64,000 bases of DNA from an uncultured delta proteobacterium (lineage in GTDB: Bacteria; Desulfobacterota; Desulfobulbia; Desulfobulbales; Desulfocapsaceae). Each line of letters opens with the position of its first letter. Position 1 is the first letter of the stretch. The stretch is taken from positions 153,470 to 217,469 of the forward strand of contig CAWCTP010000012.1 in the NCBI GenBank assembly GCA_963798425.1. Direction: 5' to 3'. The translations under genes and the position numbers were made by a program. Below the pieces are notes generated by a model that was given only the letters and a program-made list of their open reading frames with translations, was not told where the DNA came from and made no database searches. This document shows, piece by piece, positions 1 to 10,616 of the stretch.

Positions 1-98
1 AGAGGCTGGATATTTTACTTGTAATGATTTTTGGAAGACAACTTCTTCGTAGCTGGAATATTGCCAAGACATTCAACACAACAACGTGGTAGGAAATC

Positions 99-1001
99 AT
101 GATTAAACCTTTTCTGAATGTTCCACCGTGCAATTCTTTTAGATTGCCTTTGATCACTGTTTTTTGGTTATTGATTGTTGCCCTAACGGGTATTGCTTCG
201 GCTGAGACAATCTCTGGGGCACCTGTGATGGAAATTACCTTTCAGGACAATTTGATTTCAGCCGAACTTGTAGATGTTCCACTTATTGATGTTCTTAAAC
301 GTATTAAGCAGGAGTTCGGGTTTAAAACACATTTTTATGGTGATCTCGGTGAATTGATTACTTTGTCGTTCAACGAGGTGCCTTTGGACAAATGTCTTCG
401 TCTATTGACAGCCAATCAATCCTTATCAGTTGCCTTTGTGCCGCCCCCGAAGTTGCCACAAACGACGAAGACTAAACAGATTGCAGAAATATGGGTGCTG
501 AGCCGCAGCAAGTCTCCTTACCCAAAGAATTTGGCCCCCGTGGCGCAGATACCATCGTCTGACGACTCTGATAGTGTCCTTAAAGCCAACGAGAATTCTT
601 CTGACCAGTCTCAAAGCGAACAGGTGGGAGCTGTCCCTTTGGATGAAAGAGCAAATCAGCCGGATACCGAAAAAACTAATCAGGAGCAAGCCGTCAAAGA
701 CTTAACTGAACTTAACGATTCTGCCTCTGTTGCGGCCATGGTCGACTTGTTGACCAGCATTCAGAACAAAGAAGATCGAATATTTTTGGTAAACGAAATA
801 GGTTCAATTCAGAATGAAGAGTCAACTCAAGTGCTAGCTCAAGTGTTCCGGCAAGACTCCGATCCTGAAATTCGCAAGACAGCAATACGTGCCTTAGGTC
901 AAAGAAAAAATGATAGTGTTGCTCGTGCTGTTCTGGAACAGGCACTGAACGATGATGATGATGAGGTTAAGGCTTTGGCAGACCAAATGCTTACGCAGTA
1001 A
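99..1001 (+). CDS. HEAT/PBS-lyase-like repeat protein with hydrophobic N-terminus
   Basis: 300-aa ORF. N-terminal hydrophobic segment (LPLITVFWLLIVALTGIASA). C-terminal tandem helical repeats (…EIRKTAIRALGQRKND…DDEVKALADQML) typical of HEAT-like repeats. Confidence 0.5.
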   Translation: MIKPFLNVPPCNSFRLPLITVFWLLIVALTGIASAETISGAPVMEITFQDNLISAELVDVPLIDVLKRIKQEFGFKTHFYGDLGELITLSFNEVPLDKCLRLLTANQSLSVAFVPPPKLPQTTKTKQIAEIWVLSRSKSPYPKNLAPVAQIPSSDDSDSVLKANENSSDQSQSEQVGAVPLDERANQPDTEKTNQEQAVKDLTELNDSASVAAMVDLLTSIQNKEDRIFLVNEIGSIQNEESTQVLAQVFRQDSDPEIRKTAIRALGQRKNDSVARAVLEQALNDDDDEVKALADQMLTQ

Positions 1002-1104
1002 TGCATTACCTTGGAATTGATGCTCGTACTAGCTGTTGCTTTTTGTACTCAGTCCTGTTTCTTTGTGTTTGTTGTCATCCATCCAATTTTAACGTTAATA
1101 TCGC

Positions 1105-2406
1105 GTGAATATCTTAATTATAGAGCCGTCTAGAATTTTTCAGTTAATGCTTGAAAGTATTTTTAGCGCGTATGCAACGAATATCTTTATTTCGAGTTCT
1201 GGAACTGAAGCAACAAATATTTATCAAAGTGTTACTATCGATCTGATTTGTATGTCGTTTTATCTTTCAGATATGGATGGTATTGAATTTGTCGCAGGAG
1301 TCAGAAAGCTTCAATTCGGCGAGACATTGCCAATTTTAATGATCACTTCGAAGAAGAGTCAAGAAACGACAGTAAAGAGCCTTAATGTCGGAGTCACAGA
1401 AATATTTCGAAAAAACAACCTGGATGAGCTTAAAAAATATTTAAAATTATTTGCAGAGCATGCGCGACAACAGGCACAAACCGAAGGAAATATTCTACTG
1501 ATTGATAGTGATCAGAAGCAGGCATCCGAGATTAGGTCTTTTTTTGAAGATACCCGACTGAATTTCATCCATTTCACAAGCGCAGAAGAGGCTGAACTGA
1601 TTGCAAGGTCTGCTGAGTTTGATCTGGTTATTACTAATGTTGTTTTAGGTGGAACTATGAGTGGTCTTGCCTTCATTCGTGAGATCCGAGAAATTAACGA
1701 CACTATGCATCGAGTTCCAATCCTCGCAATTTCTGCAATCTCAAATGTTTCGCAAAAAATTGAGCTTTTCCGAGCTGGTGCAAATGACTATATTCAAAAA
1801 CCGATTGTTCTTGAAGAATTAAGGGTTCGAATGAAAAACTTACTGCTCAGTAAGAAGCTTTTCGACCTCGTTGAGTCTCAAAAAGAACAATTGGAGATGT
1901 TGGCAATCCATGACCAGCTCACTGGGCTTTACAATAGGCATTATCTCATAGATATTGCTGAGAGAAATGTCAGTGAGTCCTGGCGATATAAGTATCCTCT
2001 GTCGATACTAGTGGTTGACCTTGATCACTTTAAGAAGGTCAATGATACACATGGTCACTTGATCGGAGATGTTGTATTGAAAGCTATCGCGGCGCTTTTA
2101 TTGGAAATGTTCAGAAAGAGCGATACTGTCGTTCGGTTTGGTGGAGAAGAATTTGTAATTCTTCTACCACACTGTAATGGAGAACAAGCTACAGCCCGGG
2201 CGGAATCCCTTCGATTACAGATCAGCGCGCTTTGTCCTCATTCAATACCAATTACGGCAAGCATTGGGGGTTCGCAAACATCTCCAACAAGTCAAATCGG
2301 ATTTGAAGAACTTTTCGCGGCAGCAGACAAAGCTGTTTATGCTGCAAAAGCTAATGGCCGAAATTGCATTATTTTCTATGATAGTTGCGGTGAGGTGACC
2401 GCGTAG
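1105..2406 (+). CDS. response-regulator receiver domains fused to GGDEF diguanylate cyclase
   Basis: 433-aa ORF. Two REC-like regions followed by a GGDEF domain with an RFGGEEF active-site motif. An RKSD (RxxD I-site) lies 5 residues upstream, and the DHFKKVND motif is typical of diguanylate cyclases. Confidence 0.8.
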   Translation: MNILIIEPSRIFQLMLESIFSAYATNIFISSSGTEATNIYQSVTIDLICMSFYLSDMDGIEFVAGVRKLQFGETLPILMITSKKSQETTVKSLNVGVTEIFRKNNLDELKKYLKLFAEHARQQAQTEGNILLIDSDQKQASEIRSFFEDTRLNFIHFTSAEEAELIARSAEFDLVITNVVLGGTMSGLAFIREIREINDTMHRVPILAISAISNVSQKIELFRAGANDYIQKPIVLEELRVRMKNLLLSKKLFDLVESQKEQLEMLAIHDQLTGLYNRHYLIDIAERNVSESWRYKYPLSILVVDLDHFKKVNDTHGHLIGDVVLKAIAALLLEMFRKSDTVVRFGGEEFVILLPHCNGEQATARAESLRLQISALCPHSIPITASIGGSQTSPTSQIGFEELFAAADKAVYAAKANGRNCIIFYDSCGEVTA

Positions 2407-2470
2407 AGCAATCTTGCTACTCACTCTACATGGTCACGTGATGTGTGTGCAGCACCTATAGCATGAGCCT

Positions 2471-2668
2471 TTATTCCCCTGGCTCAAAACCGATCTTACT
2501 GATGGCAGTTCTAATCTGTTCCCGAGTGACACCCTCGTTTTCAAAGGAGGCTTCTCCTGCGTCCAGATTGACTGTGACCTGCGAGAGGCCGGAGATGTCT
2601 TCAAGGACTTTTTTCACCGAGCCAACACAATGCTGGCAGCTCATTCCTTTTATTTTAATACTGTCCAT
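2471..2668 (-). CDS. copZ: copper chaperone CopZ (HMA domain)
   Basis: 65-aa protein MDSIKIKGMSCQHCVGSV… with a GMxCxxC heavy-metal-associated motif. The second ATG is preferred as start because GGAGGT lies just upstream; the ORF track starts 4 codons earlier. Confidence 0.8.
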   Translation of the reverse strand: MDSIKIKGMSCQHCVGSVKKVLEDISGLSQVTVNLDAGEASFENEGVTREQIRTAISKIGFEPGE

Positions 2669-2892
2669 TCTTACCTCCATAGTGAATAACTGAGTTTTTA
2701 GTGTGAGCTATAATAACCATTTATTGCATGATTGCTAGAGCTTGATGTCCTAACCGCCACTTATCCCATCAACGTATGTTGACCCCCAAAAGAGATCGAG
2801 ACTTTATTTGATTTTTGCTGTGGGAGAAAAAAAATTCAATACTATTGCCACAATGTAGTATCTGGTATATTGTAAAAATATCAGGTGAGACT

Positions 2893-3309
2893 ATGCGAAT
2901 ATTTTTCTATACTACCATTGCTTTTTTATTCACTATCCTGGCTGCTGGAATAAGTTCCGCACAGATGAGGGATCACTCTTGTTGTGAGGCTGAACAGACA
3001 ATTGGCGCCATGGATATGGCAAAATGCAACCACACGGAAGGGCCACGAGTCTGGAGTACAAATTCGGGCCGAGACACCCTTGTCGGTGATTGTTGTTGTA
3101 AGTCTGAACCCTGTAGGGATTTGCTCATTCCAAAAGAAGTTGTTCCCGGTTCAACTATCTCTCTTGTTGACTTTTTCGGGATGGTTCAGGAGCAATCCTT
3201 TTTTCAACCGATACCGCTTGTATTATTCGGTGCTAATAGAACCGGGTCTGCGCCACCGCGATTATTCTCCACACCAGCATACCTCCGACATTGCTCCTTT
3301 CTCATTTGA
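2893..3309 (+). CDS. hypothetical small secreted Cys-rich protein
   Basis: The internal ATG of ORF 2815..3309 is preceded by AGGTGAG. The N-terminus is a classic signal peptide (MRIFFYTTIAFLFTILAAGISSAQ). The mature part has CC…C…CCC…C clusters. It sits between copZ and the cus genes, so it is a possible metal-binding periplasmic protein. Confidence 0.3.
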   Translation: MRIFFYTTIAFLFTILAAGISSAQMRDHSCCEAEQTIGAMDMAKCNHTEGPRVWSTNSGRDTLVGDCCCKSEPCRDLLIPKEVVPGSTISLVDFFGMVQEQSFFQPIPLVLFGANRTGSAPPRLFSTPAYLRHCSFLI

Positions 3310-3734
3310 TATACTGCTCCAGGCGTATCTTGGTCTGAAATGGTCCAAATCCAGGACTAATTGACCAAAGTTTTACGGACATGGAGGAGTGTATTGTGGC
3401 GTTTCATTGCCAAATTTCCTCTTCGATACAATCCATTCATTTACCAATGTGTTTTTCTGGTCAGATCTCATGGTCAAATTGGGAGAAATGTTCCATTTGT
3501 TTGATATCATTTTTCCTAATAATTATAAAAAAAAATGAATATAATGTGACAATGACAGGTGTATTCTCGAGTTGTGAGTCAGGACAATTGTCGTCATATT
3601 TTAAGAAAAACTATATGCTTATCAAATGGTAAGACAGTTAGGAGTCTGGTCCCAGACAAAATATTCCAAATAGGGACAGGGTGTTTCGTTCACTCGTTAC
3701 TCTATCAAACAAGAAAACCAGAAAGGAGAATCCA

Positions 3735-4175
3735 ATGAAAAAATTTGTATTATTGTTTGCAGTTCTCAGCCTTGTTTTTGCCAGCAGTTCCATGGCGGCC
3801 ATGGAAGGAATGAACCATGGCGACACCACCGAAAATGGAACTTTTACTCATTCAGCCATGGCTGGTGATATCCACGCTGAATTTAAAATCATGGATCTTG
3901 CCAGTATGAATATGAAAGATCCGGATGGCAAGACTCATCATGTCATGGCAACGTTTAAGCGCAACGGTGAGATAATTACCAACATAGTCGCAAAACTGAA
4001 ACTGGTTTCTCCAAGCAAGAAGGAACAGATTGTTGACTTGAAAGATTTCGGAGGAGGTGTTTTTGCAGCAAAAGTCACTATTGACGAGCCAGGGAAATGG
4101 GGTGTTATCTGTGTGTTTAAAGATGACAAAGAAAAGCAGACGGTTAAGTTCTGGTACCCACACATGGCAATGTGA
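3735..4175 (+). CDS. periplasmic protein with Met/His-rich N-terminal region (possible Cu-binding)
   Basis: AAAGGAGAA RBS before ATG 3735. Signal peptide MKKFVLLFAVLSLVFASSSMA, followed by a Met/His-rich segment (MEGMNHGDT…HSAMAGDIH) and a beta-rich domain. It lies directly upstream of the cus genes. Confidence 0.45.
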   Translation: MKKFVLLFAVLSLVFASSSMAAMEGMNHGDTTENGTFTHSAMAGDIHAEFKIMDLASMNMKDPDGKTHHVMATFKRNGEIITNIVAKLKLVSPSKKEQIVDLKDFGGGVFAAKVTIDEPGKWGVICVFKDDKEKQTVKFWYPHMAM

Positions 4176-4291
4176 CTGTTCTCTTAAGCAGGCGCCGGTC
4201 ATAACCTTTAGAGTGGTGACCGGCCTTCCGACGCACTCTACGTTATCGAAGTTTATTTCGTTAGGTCTGTTTCACTCAAGGGGGGATTTTC

Positions 4292-5723
4292 GTGTCACAT
4301 ATAATCAGACAACCAATAGCTGCTTCCTCGGTTCGTTTTGTTTTTATCCAATTTATGTGCCTCATCGGACTATTATCATTTTTTGTCGGGGCGGCTCGGT
4401 CTGGAGACATCACACTCACCCTTGAGAAGGCTGTAAAAGCTGCACAACTCAATGATCCCTGGTTGGTCGGCAACCGACATTCTCAAGACGCAATCGAATC
4501 AATGAGTGTTGCTGCGGGAACACTGCCTGATCCACAAGTCTCTTTGGGGTTCGCAAACGTGCCCACCGACACCTTTGATTTTGGTCAGGAGCCAATGACG
4601 CAGTTTAAGGTAGGGGTGACGCAGATGTTTCCGCGTGGAGACAGCCTTGCGATTAAGCGGAAGCAACTCGAAACGGTTGGAAGTGAGTTTCCTTTCCAAC
4701 GGCTTGATCGCAGAGCAAAAATTGTCGTTACGGTCAGTCAGCTCTGGCTTGATGCATATAATGCCCAGGAAAGCATAGTATTAATTGAAAAAGATCGTCC
4801 ATTATTTAAACAACTGGCGGATATTGCAGAGGCCAGTTATTCGTCAGCATTCGGGAAAACCAGACAACAGGACATTATTCGTGCTCAATTGGAACTGACT
4901 AGGCTTGACGATCGACTCACCATGCTCAAACAGAAACAAGAGATGTTTCTGGAGAAGCTTTCTGAGTGGCTGAGTGAATACTTTCGTGAGGAATATAGCG
5001 ACAGCCTGACGTCTGAGACACCACTCCCCTGGTCGCGTCTGGAATTGGATAGAAGTCGTCCCAATATAAAGATGTTACGGGAGTCTCTCTATTTGGCGAG
5101 CAATGAAGCGGATCCTCAGAAACTCTATGAATACTTTTCAAAACACCCATCGCTGCTTGCCCTTGATCGGGAGATTGAGGCCAGTAAGGTTGGAGTTGAC
5201 CTCGCCCGTGAAAGCTACAAAATTGGCTTGGGGTGTCAATGCTAATTATGGCTATCGTGGTGAAGACAATAATGGAAAAAATCGAGCTGATTTCGTCTCC
5301 TTAGGCGTCAGTTTCGATCTGCCATATTTCACGAAGAACAGACAAGATAAGCAAGTCCAGGCTTCTGTATCTCAGGCTGAAGCGATAAAGACGAAAAAAT
5401 GGGCCATGGTGCGTAAAATGATAGCCGGTTTCGAAAAAACCAGAACGCAACTCAAAAGACTGAATGAGCGACAGTTGCTCTACCAGGCTCATCTCTTGCC
5501 ACAAATGAGTGAACAGGCCGAGGCCTCTCTTACCGCGTATACCAATGATGAAGGTGATTTCGCTGAAGTCGTCCGTGCCAGAATCGCTGAACTGAATGCG
5601 CAAATTGATGCATTGGGCATTGACGTGGAGAAACAGAAAAATATAATCCAGTTGAACTATTATTTCATGGAAAAACCCGATGATATCATAGCAAATAATA
5701 GCCTTGTGGGAGAAAAAAAATGA
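4292..5723 (+). pseudogene. cusC: CusC/CzcC-like outer-membrane efflux factor (TolC family) split by a frameshift
   Basis: The N-terminal 317-aa ORF (4292..5245) and the C-terminal ORF (homologous part from about 5215 to 5723) are both OEP/TolC-like but lie in different frames. The frame switch maps near the A-run at about 5216-5222. The joined length of roughly 470 aa is typical for this family. The stop overlaps the cusB start (ATGA). Confidence 0.7.
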
Positions 5724-7303
5724 AGAGATTTTCGAGTATACTGGCATTGCTCATCGTCGGGGCTGTCGTTGGTTCCTTTCTCACTTTTGTTGGATATCCC
5801 ATGTTGAGTGGCTATCTCAAACCACTTAAGTCAGTACAGAGCAGCGCTCCTGCAACCGCCAAGAAAAAGCCGTTATACTGGGTCGCCCCGATGGATCCCA
5901 ACTATAAAAGAGACAAGCCGGGCAAATCACCAATGGGTATGGATCTTATACCTTTTTATGGGGAAGATACCACCGGTTCGGATGTCGGCCCCGGTACGGT
6001 AAAAATTTCTCCCGATGTGATAAACAATCTGGGGGTGAGAACTGGCCCCGCTCGACTTGGTTTCTTGAAATCTGAAATTCAGACAGTCGGCTATGTTAAG
6101 TACGATGAAGATCAGATGGTGCATATCCATCCCAGAGTAAATGGATGGGTAGATACGCTTTATATTAAAGCCTCGGGCGATCCGGTAAAAAAAGGGGAAC
6201 CACTTTATAATCTCTATTCTCCGGAGCTGGTTAATGCCCAGGAAGAGTTGGTGATGGCTCTTGAGAGAAAGAACCCCCGGCTCATAAGGGCAGCAGAAGA
6301 ACGTTTAGCCTCTTTACGGGTACCCGCTACAGCAATCAATAAATTGAAAGAGTCCAGAGAGGTAAAACAAAATATCACCTTTTACGCGCCACAGAACGGG
6401 GTGATCGATAATTTAGATATTCGTCAGGGATTTTTCGTTAAACCTGGTACTACAATAATGTCGATTGCTTCCCTGGAACAGATGTGGGTGGAGGCTGAGG
6501 TGTTCGAGCGGCAGGTTGCTGGAGTTGCTATTGGACTCCCAGTTACAATGACCCTTGGTTATCTGCCGGGCAAAGAGTGGGATGGGGTTGTTGATTATAT
6601 ATATCCTTCCCTCAGTGCCAAAACTCGAACATTGAAAGTTCGTCTACGATTTGACAATTCCAAAAGACTCCTCAAGCCTGAAATGTTCGCCCAGGTTGAC
6701 ATCCATCTAAATATCACCAAAAAAAGTCTGCTTGTACCAAGAGAAGCGGTAATTCGCACCGGTCGTTCCAATCGGGTAGTTCTGGCTCTCGGAGAAGGTC
6801 GGTTCAAAGCGATAAATGTCGAAGTCGGACGTTTCGATGAGCAGTCAGCCGAGATTCTGTCAGGACTCGTTGAGGGGGAAAAAGTTGTCACTTCCGCGCA
6901 GTTCTTAATTGATTCAGAATCGAGCAAAACCTCTGATTTTAAGCGCATGGATCATAGTGAGAAGGCGCTCCCCGGGAGCGTTTGGGTTGAGGGCACTATC
7001 AATAGTTTAATGGCTGAACACCGGATGATCAACATATCGCACAAGGCAGTAAGTGCCTGGAATTGGCCGGAAATGACCATGGATTTCACGGTGGCAAAAG
7101 ATGTTGATTTTGCCTCACTTAAAGCCGGTATGACCTTGCAGGTAGAGATAACCAAAACACAGGATGGTAAGTATCGAATTACCAAAATCCACCTTCCCGG
7201 CGCTGACGACGCAAACATGAATCTTGATGACTTAAACATGGATGACATGACTCTTGATGATATGAGTCTCGATAAAAAGAAACCAACCGACCATAAGCAA
7301 TAG
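5720..7303 (+). CDS. cusB: RND periplasmic adaptor CusB/CzcB-like with C-terminal CusF-like metallochaperone domain
   Basis: The N-terminal motif YWVAPMDPNYKRDKPGKSPMGMDLIP is characteristic of CusB-family adaptors. It has a membrane-fusion core. The C-terminal roughly 90 aa (MAEHRMINISHKAVSAWNWPEMTMDFTV…) resembles CusF, followed by a DDANMNLDDLNMDDMTLDDMSLD tail. Confidence 0.85.
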   Translation: MKRFSSILALLIVGAVVGSFLTFVGYPMLSGYLKPLKSVQSSAPATAKKKPLYWVAPMDPNYKRDKPGKSPMGMDLIPFYGEDTTGSDVGPGTVKISPDVINNLGVRTGPARLGFLKSEIQTVGYVKYDEDQMVHIHPRVNGWVDTLYIKASGDPVKKGEPLYNLYSPELVNAQEELVMALERKNPRLIRAAEERLASLRVPATAINKLKESREVKQNITFYAPQNGVIDNLDIRQGFFVKPGTTIMSIASLEQMWVEAEVFERQVAGVAIGLPVTMTLGYLPGKEWDGVVDYIYPSLSAKTRTLKVRLRFDNSKRLLKPEMFAQVDIHLNITKKSLLVPREAVIRTGRSNRVVLALGEGRFKAINVEVGRFDEQSAEILSGLVEGEKVVTSAQFLIDSESSKTSDFKRMDHSEKALPGSVWVEGTINSLMAEHRMINISHKAVSAWNWPEMTMDFTVAKDVDFASLKAGMTLQVEITKTQDGKYRITKIHLPGADDANMNLDDLNMDDMTLDDMSLDKKKPTDHKQ

Positions 7304-7315
7304 GGGATAGACAAA

Positions 7316-10300
7316 ATGATTGCATCTATTATACGCTGGTCGGTTGGTAATCGCTTTTTCGTGTTACTGGCTACCATTATGCTGGTAGGCATTGGTCTAT
7401 ATTCGGTGAAGAACACACCTGTTGATGCCTTGCCGGACTTGTCAGACGTGCAGGTGATTATAAAAACATCGTACCCGGGACAGGCGCCTCAGGTGGTTGA
7501 AGACCAGGTGACCTATCCCTTGACGACCGCAATGCTTTCTGTACCGGGAGCGGTAACGGTTCGAGGGTATTCGTTTTTTGGGGATTCGTACGTCTATGTC
7601 ATTTTCAACGATAAAACAGATTTATATTGGGCCAGAAGCAGGGTGCTTGAGTACCTCAGTCAGGTTGCCCCATCACTCCCGGCCGAGGCCAGACCACAGT
7701 TGGGCCCGGATGCCACTGGAGTGGGTTGGGTTTATCTCTATGCCTTAGTGGACAAAACCGGAAAGCATGATATCAGCCAACTCCGATCGCTTCAGGATTG
7801 GTTTTTAAAATACGAACTGCAAACCGTCCCCGGCGTCTCAGAAGTTGCCACCGTGGGTGGTATGGTCAAACAATACCAGGTAATGGTGAACCCGGAAAAG
7901 CTGAGGGCTTTTGGTATCCCGCTGTCCAAAATACAAATGGCAATCAAGGCCGGAAACCAGGAAATCGGGGCATCGGTTGTGGAGATGGCTGAAGCCGAAT
8001 ACATGGTGCGGGCAACCGGCTATCTGCAGAATGCAAAAAATCTGGGCAATATACCGCTTGGGGTCACAGAAAACGGTATCCCACTGCTGTTAAAGGATGT
8101 TGCGGAAATAGGTACTGGCCCACAGATGCGACGGGGCGTCGCAGATTTGAACGGTGAAGGCGAAACCGTGGGTGGTATTATCATCATGCGTTTTGGCGAG
8201 AACGCCCAAACAACTATTGATAGTGTTAAGGCAAAACTTGAGGAACTAAAAGCCGGTCTTCCTGAAGGGGTTGAAATCATTCCGGTCTATGACCGAAGTG
8301 CCTTGATTGAACGTGCAGTCACCAATCTCTGGCACAAGCTGCTGGAAGAATTTGGTGTAGTCGCTTTGGTTTGCGTTGTCTTTCTCTTCCATATCCGTTC
8401 TTCCCTGGTGGCGATTATCAGCTTGCCAGTAGGGATCCTGGCCGCTTTTATTGTCATGCATATGCAGGGTCTCAATGCAAACATCATGTCGCTCGGTGGA
8501 ATCGCAATCGCAATTGGTGCAATGATTGACGGTGCAATAGTCATGATCGAAAACATGCACAAGCATATGGAGAAAACCCCGCTCACCAATGAGAACCGCT
8601 GGCAAATTGTCGCAGAGTCGGCAACTGAAGTAGGCCCTGCTTTGTTTTTCAGCCTGCTGATTATTACAGTCAGTTTTGTTCCTGTTTTTACCCTGGAAGC
8701 CCAGGAGGGACGGATGTTTTCCCCTCTGGCGTTTACCAAGACTTACTCCATGGCCGCCTCAGCCGCACTTTCAATCACGTTAATCCCTGTTTTAATGGGG
8801 TATTTTATTCGGGGCAAGGTGCTGCCGGAGCATAAGAATCCCCTCAACCGTTTGCTGATAGCCATTTACATGCCGCCGCTACGGATGGTCCTGCGCTTTC
8901 CCAAGGTGGTCCTGATCGGGGCTCTGATGGTGCTGGCCATAGGTCTCTGGCCGATCAACAGGATCGGCAGTGAATTTATCCCACCCCTGGATGAAGGAGA
9001 TCTAATGTACATGCCCACAACCTATCCTGGCATATCCATAGGAAAGGCGAGGGAGGTATTACAACAAACCGATAAACTGATCCGCACCGTGCCAGAGGTG
9101 CAGACAGTTTTCGGCAAGGTCGGCAGGGCAGAAACTGCTACAGATCCGGCCCCCCTCACCATGATCGAGACATTTATTCAACTGAAGCCAAAGGATCAGT
9201 GGCGTGCAGGGGTGACCACAGACAGCCTGAAAAAGGAATTGAACAATCTGGTCAAGATACCTGGTTTGACCAATGCCTGGGTGATGCCCATCAAGACGCG
9301 CATCGACATGCTGGCCACGGGAATCAAGACGCCGGTCGGCATCAAGGTAGCCGGCCCCGATTTGAAGGTAATCCAGAAAATTGGTCAGCAAATTGAAACC
9401 GTTATGAAGGATGTTCCTGGTACCGCTTCGGTTTATTCTGAAAGGGTCGCCGGAGGCCGCTATATCAAGGTTGACATTCAACGGGAAAAAGCGGCCAGGT
9501 ACGGCCTGAACATCGCTGATATCCAGCAGGTTGTCGCCTCGGCTATCGGCGGCATGAACGTTACCCAGACAGTCGAAGGCCTGGAGCGCTACCCGGTCAA
9601 TCTGCGTTATCCCCAAGACTATCGTAAGTCGCCGGAGCAACTCTCCCTGTTGCCGATTGTTACCATGGCCGGCCAACGGATTGCCCTGGCGGATGTTGCT
9701 AAAGTTTACATTGAAGACGGACCTCCGGCTATAAAAAGTGAAAATGCTCGTTTGAACGGCTGGACGTTCATCGACATCGAAGGGGTTGATGTAGGCAGCT
9801 ATGTGGAACAGGCTCAAAAGGTGGTTGCCGAAAAAATTCAACTGCCCGCCGGCTATTCCCTCAACTGGTCGGGACAATACGAGTATATGCTGCGGGCCAA
9901 GCAAAAGCTGAAGATGGTGGTGCCGACGACCTTGCTCGTCATCTTCATCCTGCTCTATCTCAATTTCAGGGATGTTACTGAAAGCATCATTGTTATGCTG
10001 TCAGTGCCCTTCGCTCTGACCGGGGGGCTGTGGCTGATCTACTGGCTGGGCTACAACATGAGTGTGGCGGTGGCCGTCGGCTTCATCGCCCTGGCCGGCG
10101 TGGCCGCAGAAACCGGAGTGGTGATGCTCCTCTATCTCGACATCTCCTACCTGAAGTACAAAACGAAGTATGGTCCGGCTTTCTCGAAACGCCACCTGAA
10201 CGAGGCGATCGAAGAGGGGGCAGCGCTCAGGGTCAGGCCGAAGATGATGACGGTAGTCGCCATTATGGCCGGACTTGCCCCGATCATGTGGGGCAGCGGT

Positions 10301-10498
10301 ACCGGCTCCGAGGTTATGAGGCGGATTGCCGCCCCGATGATCGGCGGGATGCTCAGCGCAACGATCTTGACCCTGGTGGTAATCCCGACCATCTATGCCA
10401 TTTGGAAAGGCTGGGGCCTGCCGAAGGAAAGTGAAGGAGCGGCTGGCCGGGCAGGACTCTCCATCGATGTAACCGAAGATCCCAACTCAACCCGATGA
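7316..10498 (+). CDS. cusA: heavy-metal efflux RND permease CusA/CzcA (HME family)
   Basis: 1060-aa, 12-TM RND protein with HME-family conserved blocks ([20 protein letters not shown], large periplasmic loops), directly after cusB. Confidence 0.9.
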   Translation: MIASIIRWSVGNRFFVLLATIMLVGIGLYSVKNTPVDALPDLSDVQVIIKTSYPGQAPQVVEDQVTYPLTTAMLSVPGAVTVRGYSFFGDSYVYVIFNDKTDLYWARSRVLEYLSQVAPSLPAEARPQLGPDATGVGWVYLYALVDKTGKHDISQLRSLQDWFLKYELQTVPGVSEVATVGGMVKQYQVMVNPEKLRAFGIPLSKIQMAIKAGNQEIGASVVEMAEAEYMVRATGYLQNAKNLGNIPLGVTENGIPLLLKDVAEIGTGPQMRRGVADLNGEGETVGGIIIMRFGENAQTTIDSVKAKLEELKAGLPEGVEIIPVYDRSALIERAVTNLWHKLLEEFGVVALVCVVFLFHIRSSLVAIISLPVGILAAFIVMHMQGLNANIMSLGGIAIAIGAMIDGAIVMIENMHKHMEKTPLTNENRWQIVAESATEVGPALFFSLLIITVSFVPVFTLEAQEGRMFSPLAFTKTYSMAASAALSITLIPVLMGYFIRGKVLPEHKNPLNRLLIAIYMPPLRMVLRFPKVVLIGALMVLAIGLWPINRIGSEFIPPLDEGDLMYMPTTYPGISIGKAREVLQQTDKLIRTVPEVQTVFGKVGRAETATDPAPLTMIETFIQLKPKDQWRAGVTTDSLKKELNNLVKIPGLTNAWVMPIKTRIDMLATGIKTPVGIKVAGPDLKVIQKIGQQIETVMKDVPGTASVYSERVAGGRYIKVDIQREKAARYGLNIADIQQVVASAIGGMNVTQTVEGLERYPVNLRYPQDYRKSPEQLSLLPIVTMAGQRIALADVAKVYIEDGPPAIKSENARLNGWTFIDIEGVDVGSYVEQAQKVVAEKIQLPAGYSLNWSGQYEYMLRAKQKLKMVVPTTLLVIFILLYLNFRDVTESIIVMLSVPFALTGGLWLIYWLGYNMSVAVAVGFIALAGVAAETGVVMLLYLDISYLKYKTKYGPAFSKRHLNEAIEEGAALRVRPKMMTVVAIMAGLAPIMWGSGTGSEVMRRIAAPMIGGMLSATILTLVVIPTIYAIWKGWGLPKESEGAAGRAGLSIDVTEDPNSTR

Positions 10499-10546
10499 AA
10501 AGAGAACTGGTAGCCCATATGCGTACGAGCATACTGCCTTGCAGAG

Positions 10547-10567
10547 AGGGCGGGTTAGAACCCGCCC
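10547..10567 (+). terminator. GC-rich hairpin downstream of cusA
   Basis: gggcggg-ttagaa-cccgccc, about 50 nt after the cusA stop. There is no T-tract, so assignment as an intrinsic terminator is tentative. Confidence 0.3.
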
Positions 10568-10616
10568 CCCTGCATACCTGTGCTGAAAGCGATCCTTAGT
10601 TATCCCAGTTCTCCTC

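Noticed and set aside
2815-3309. Longer 164-aa version of the Cys-rich ORF starting at 2815, and overlapping ORF 2984..3364
   Set aside because: No RBS at 2815 and the signal peptide begins only at the internal Met (2893). The overlapping frame has no features.
8246-8739. 119-aa and 150-aa minus-strand ORFs inside cusA, and similar ORFs inside copA (25108-25939, 26224-26770)
   Set aside because: Antisense to strongly supported transporter genes. GC-rich antisense frames often stay open.
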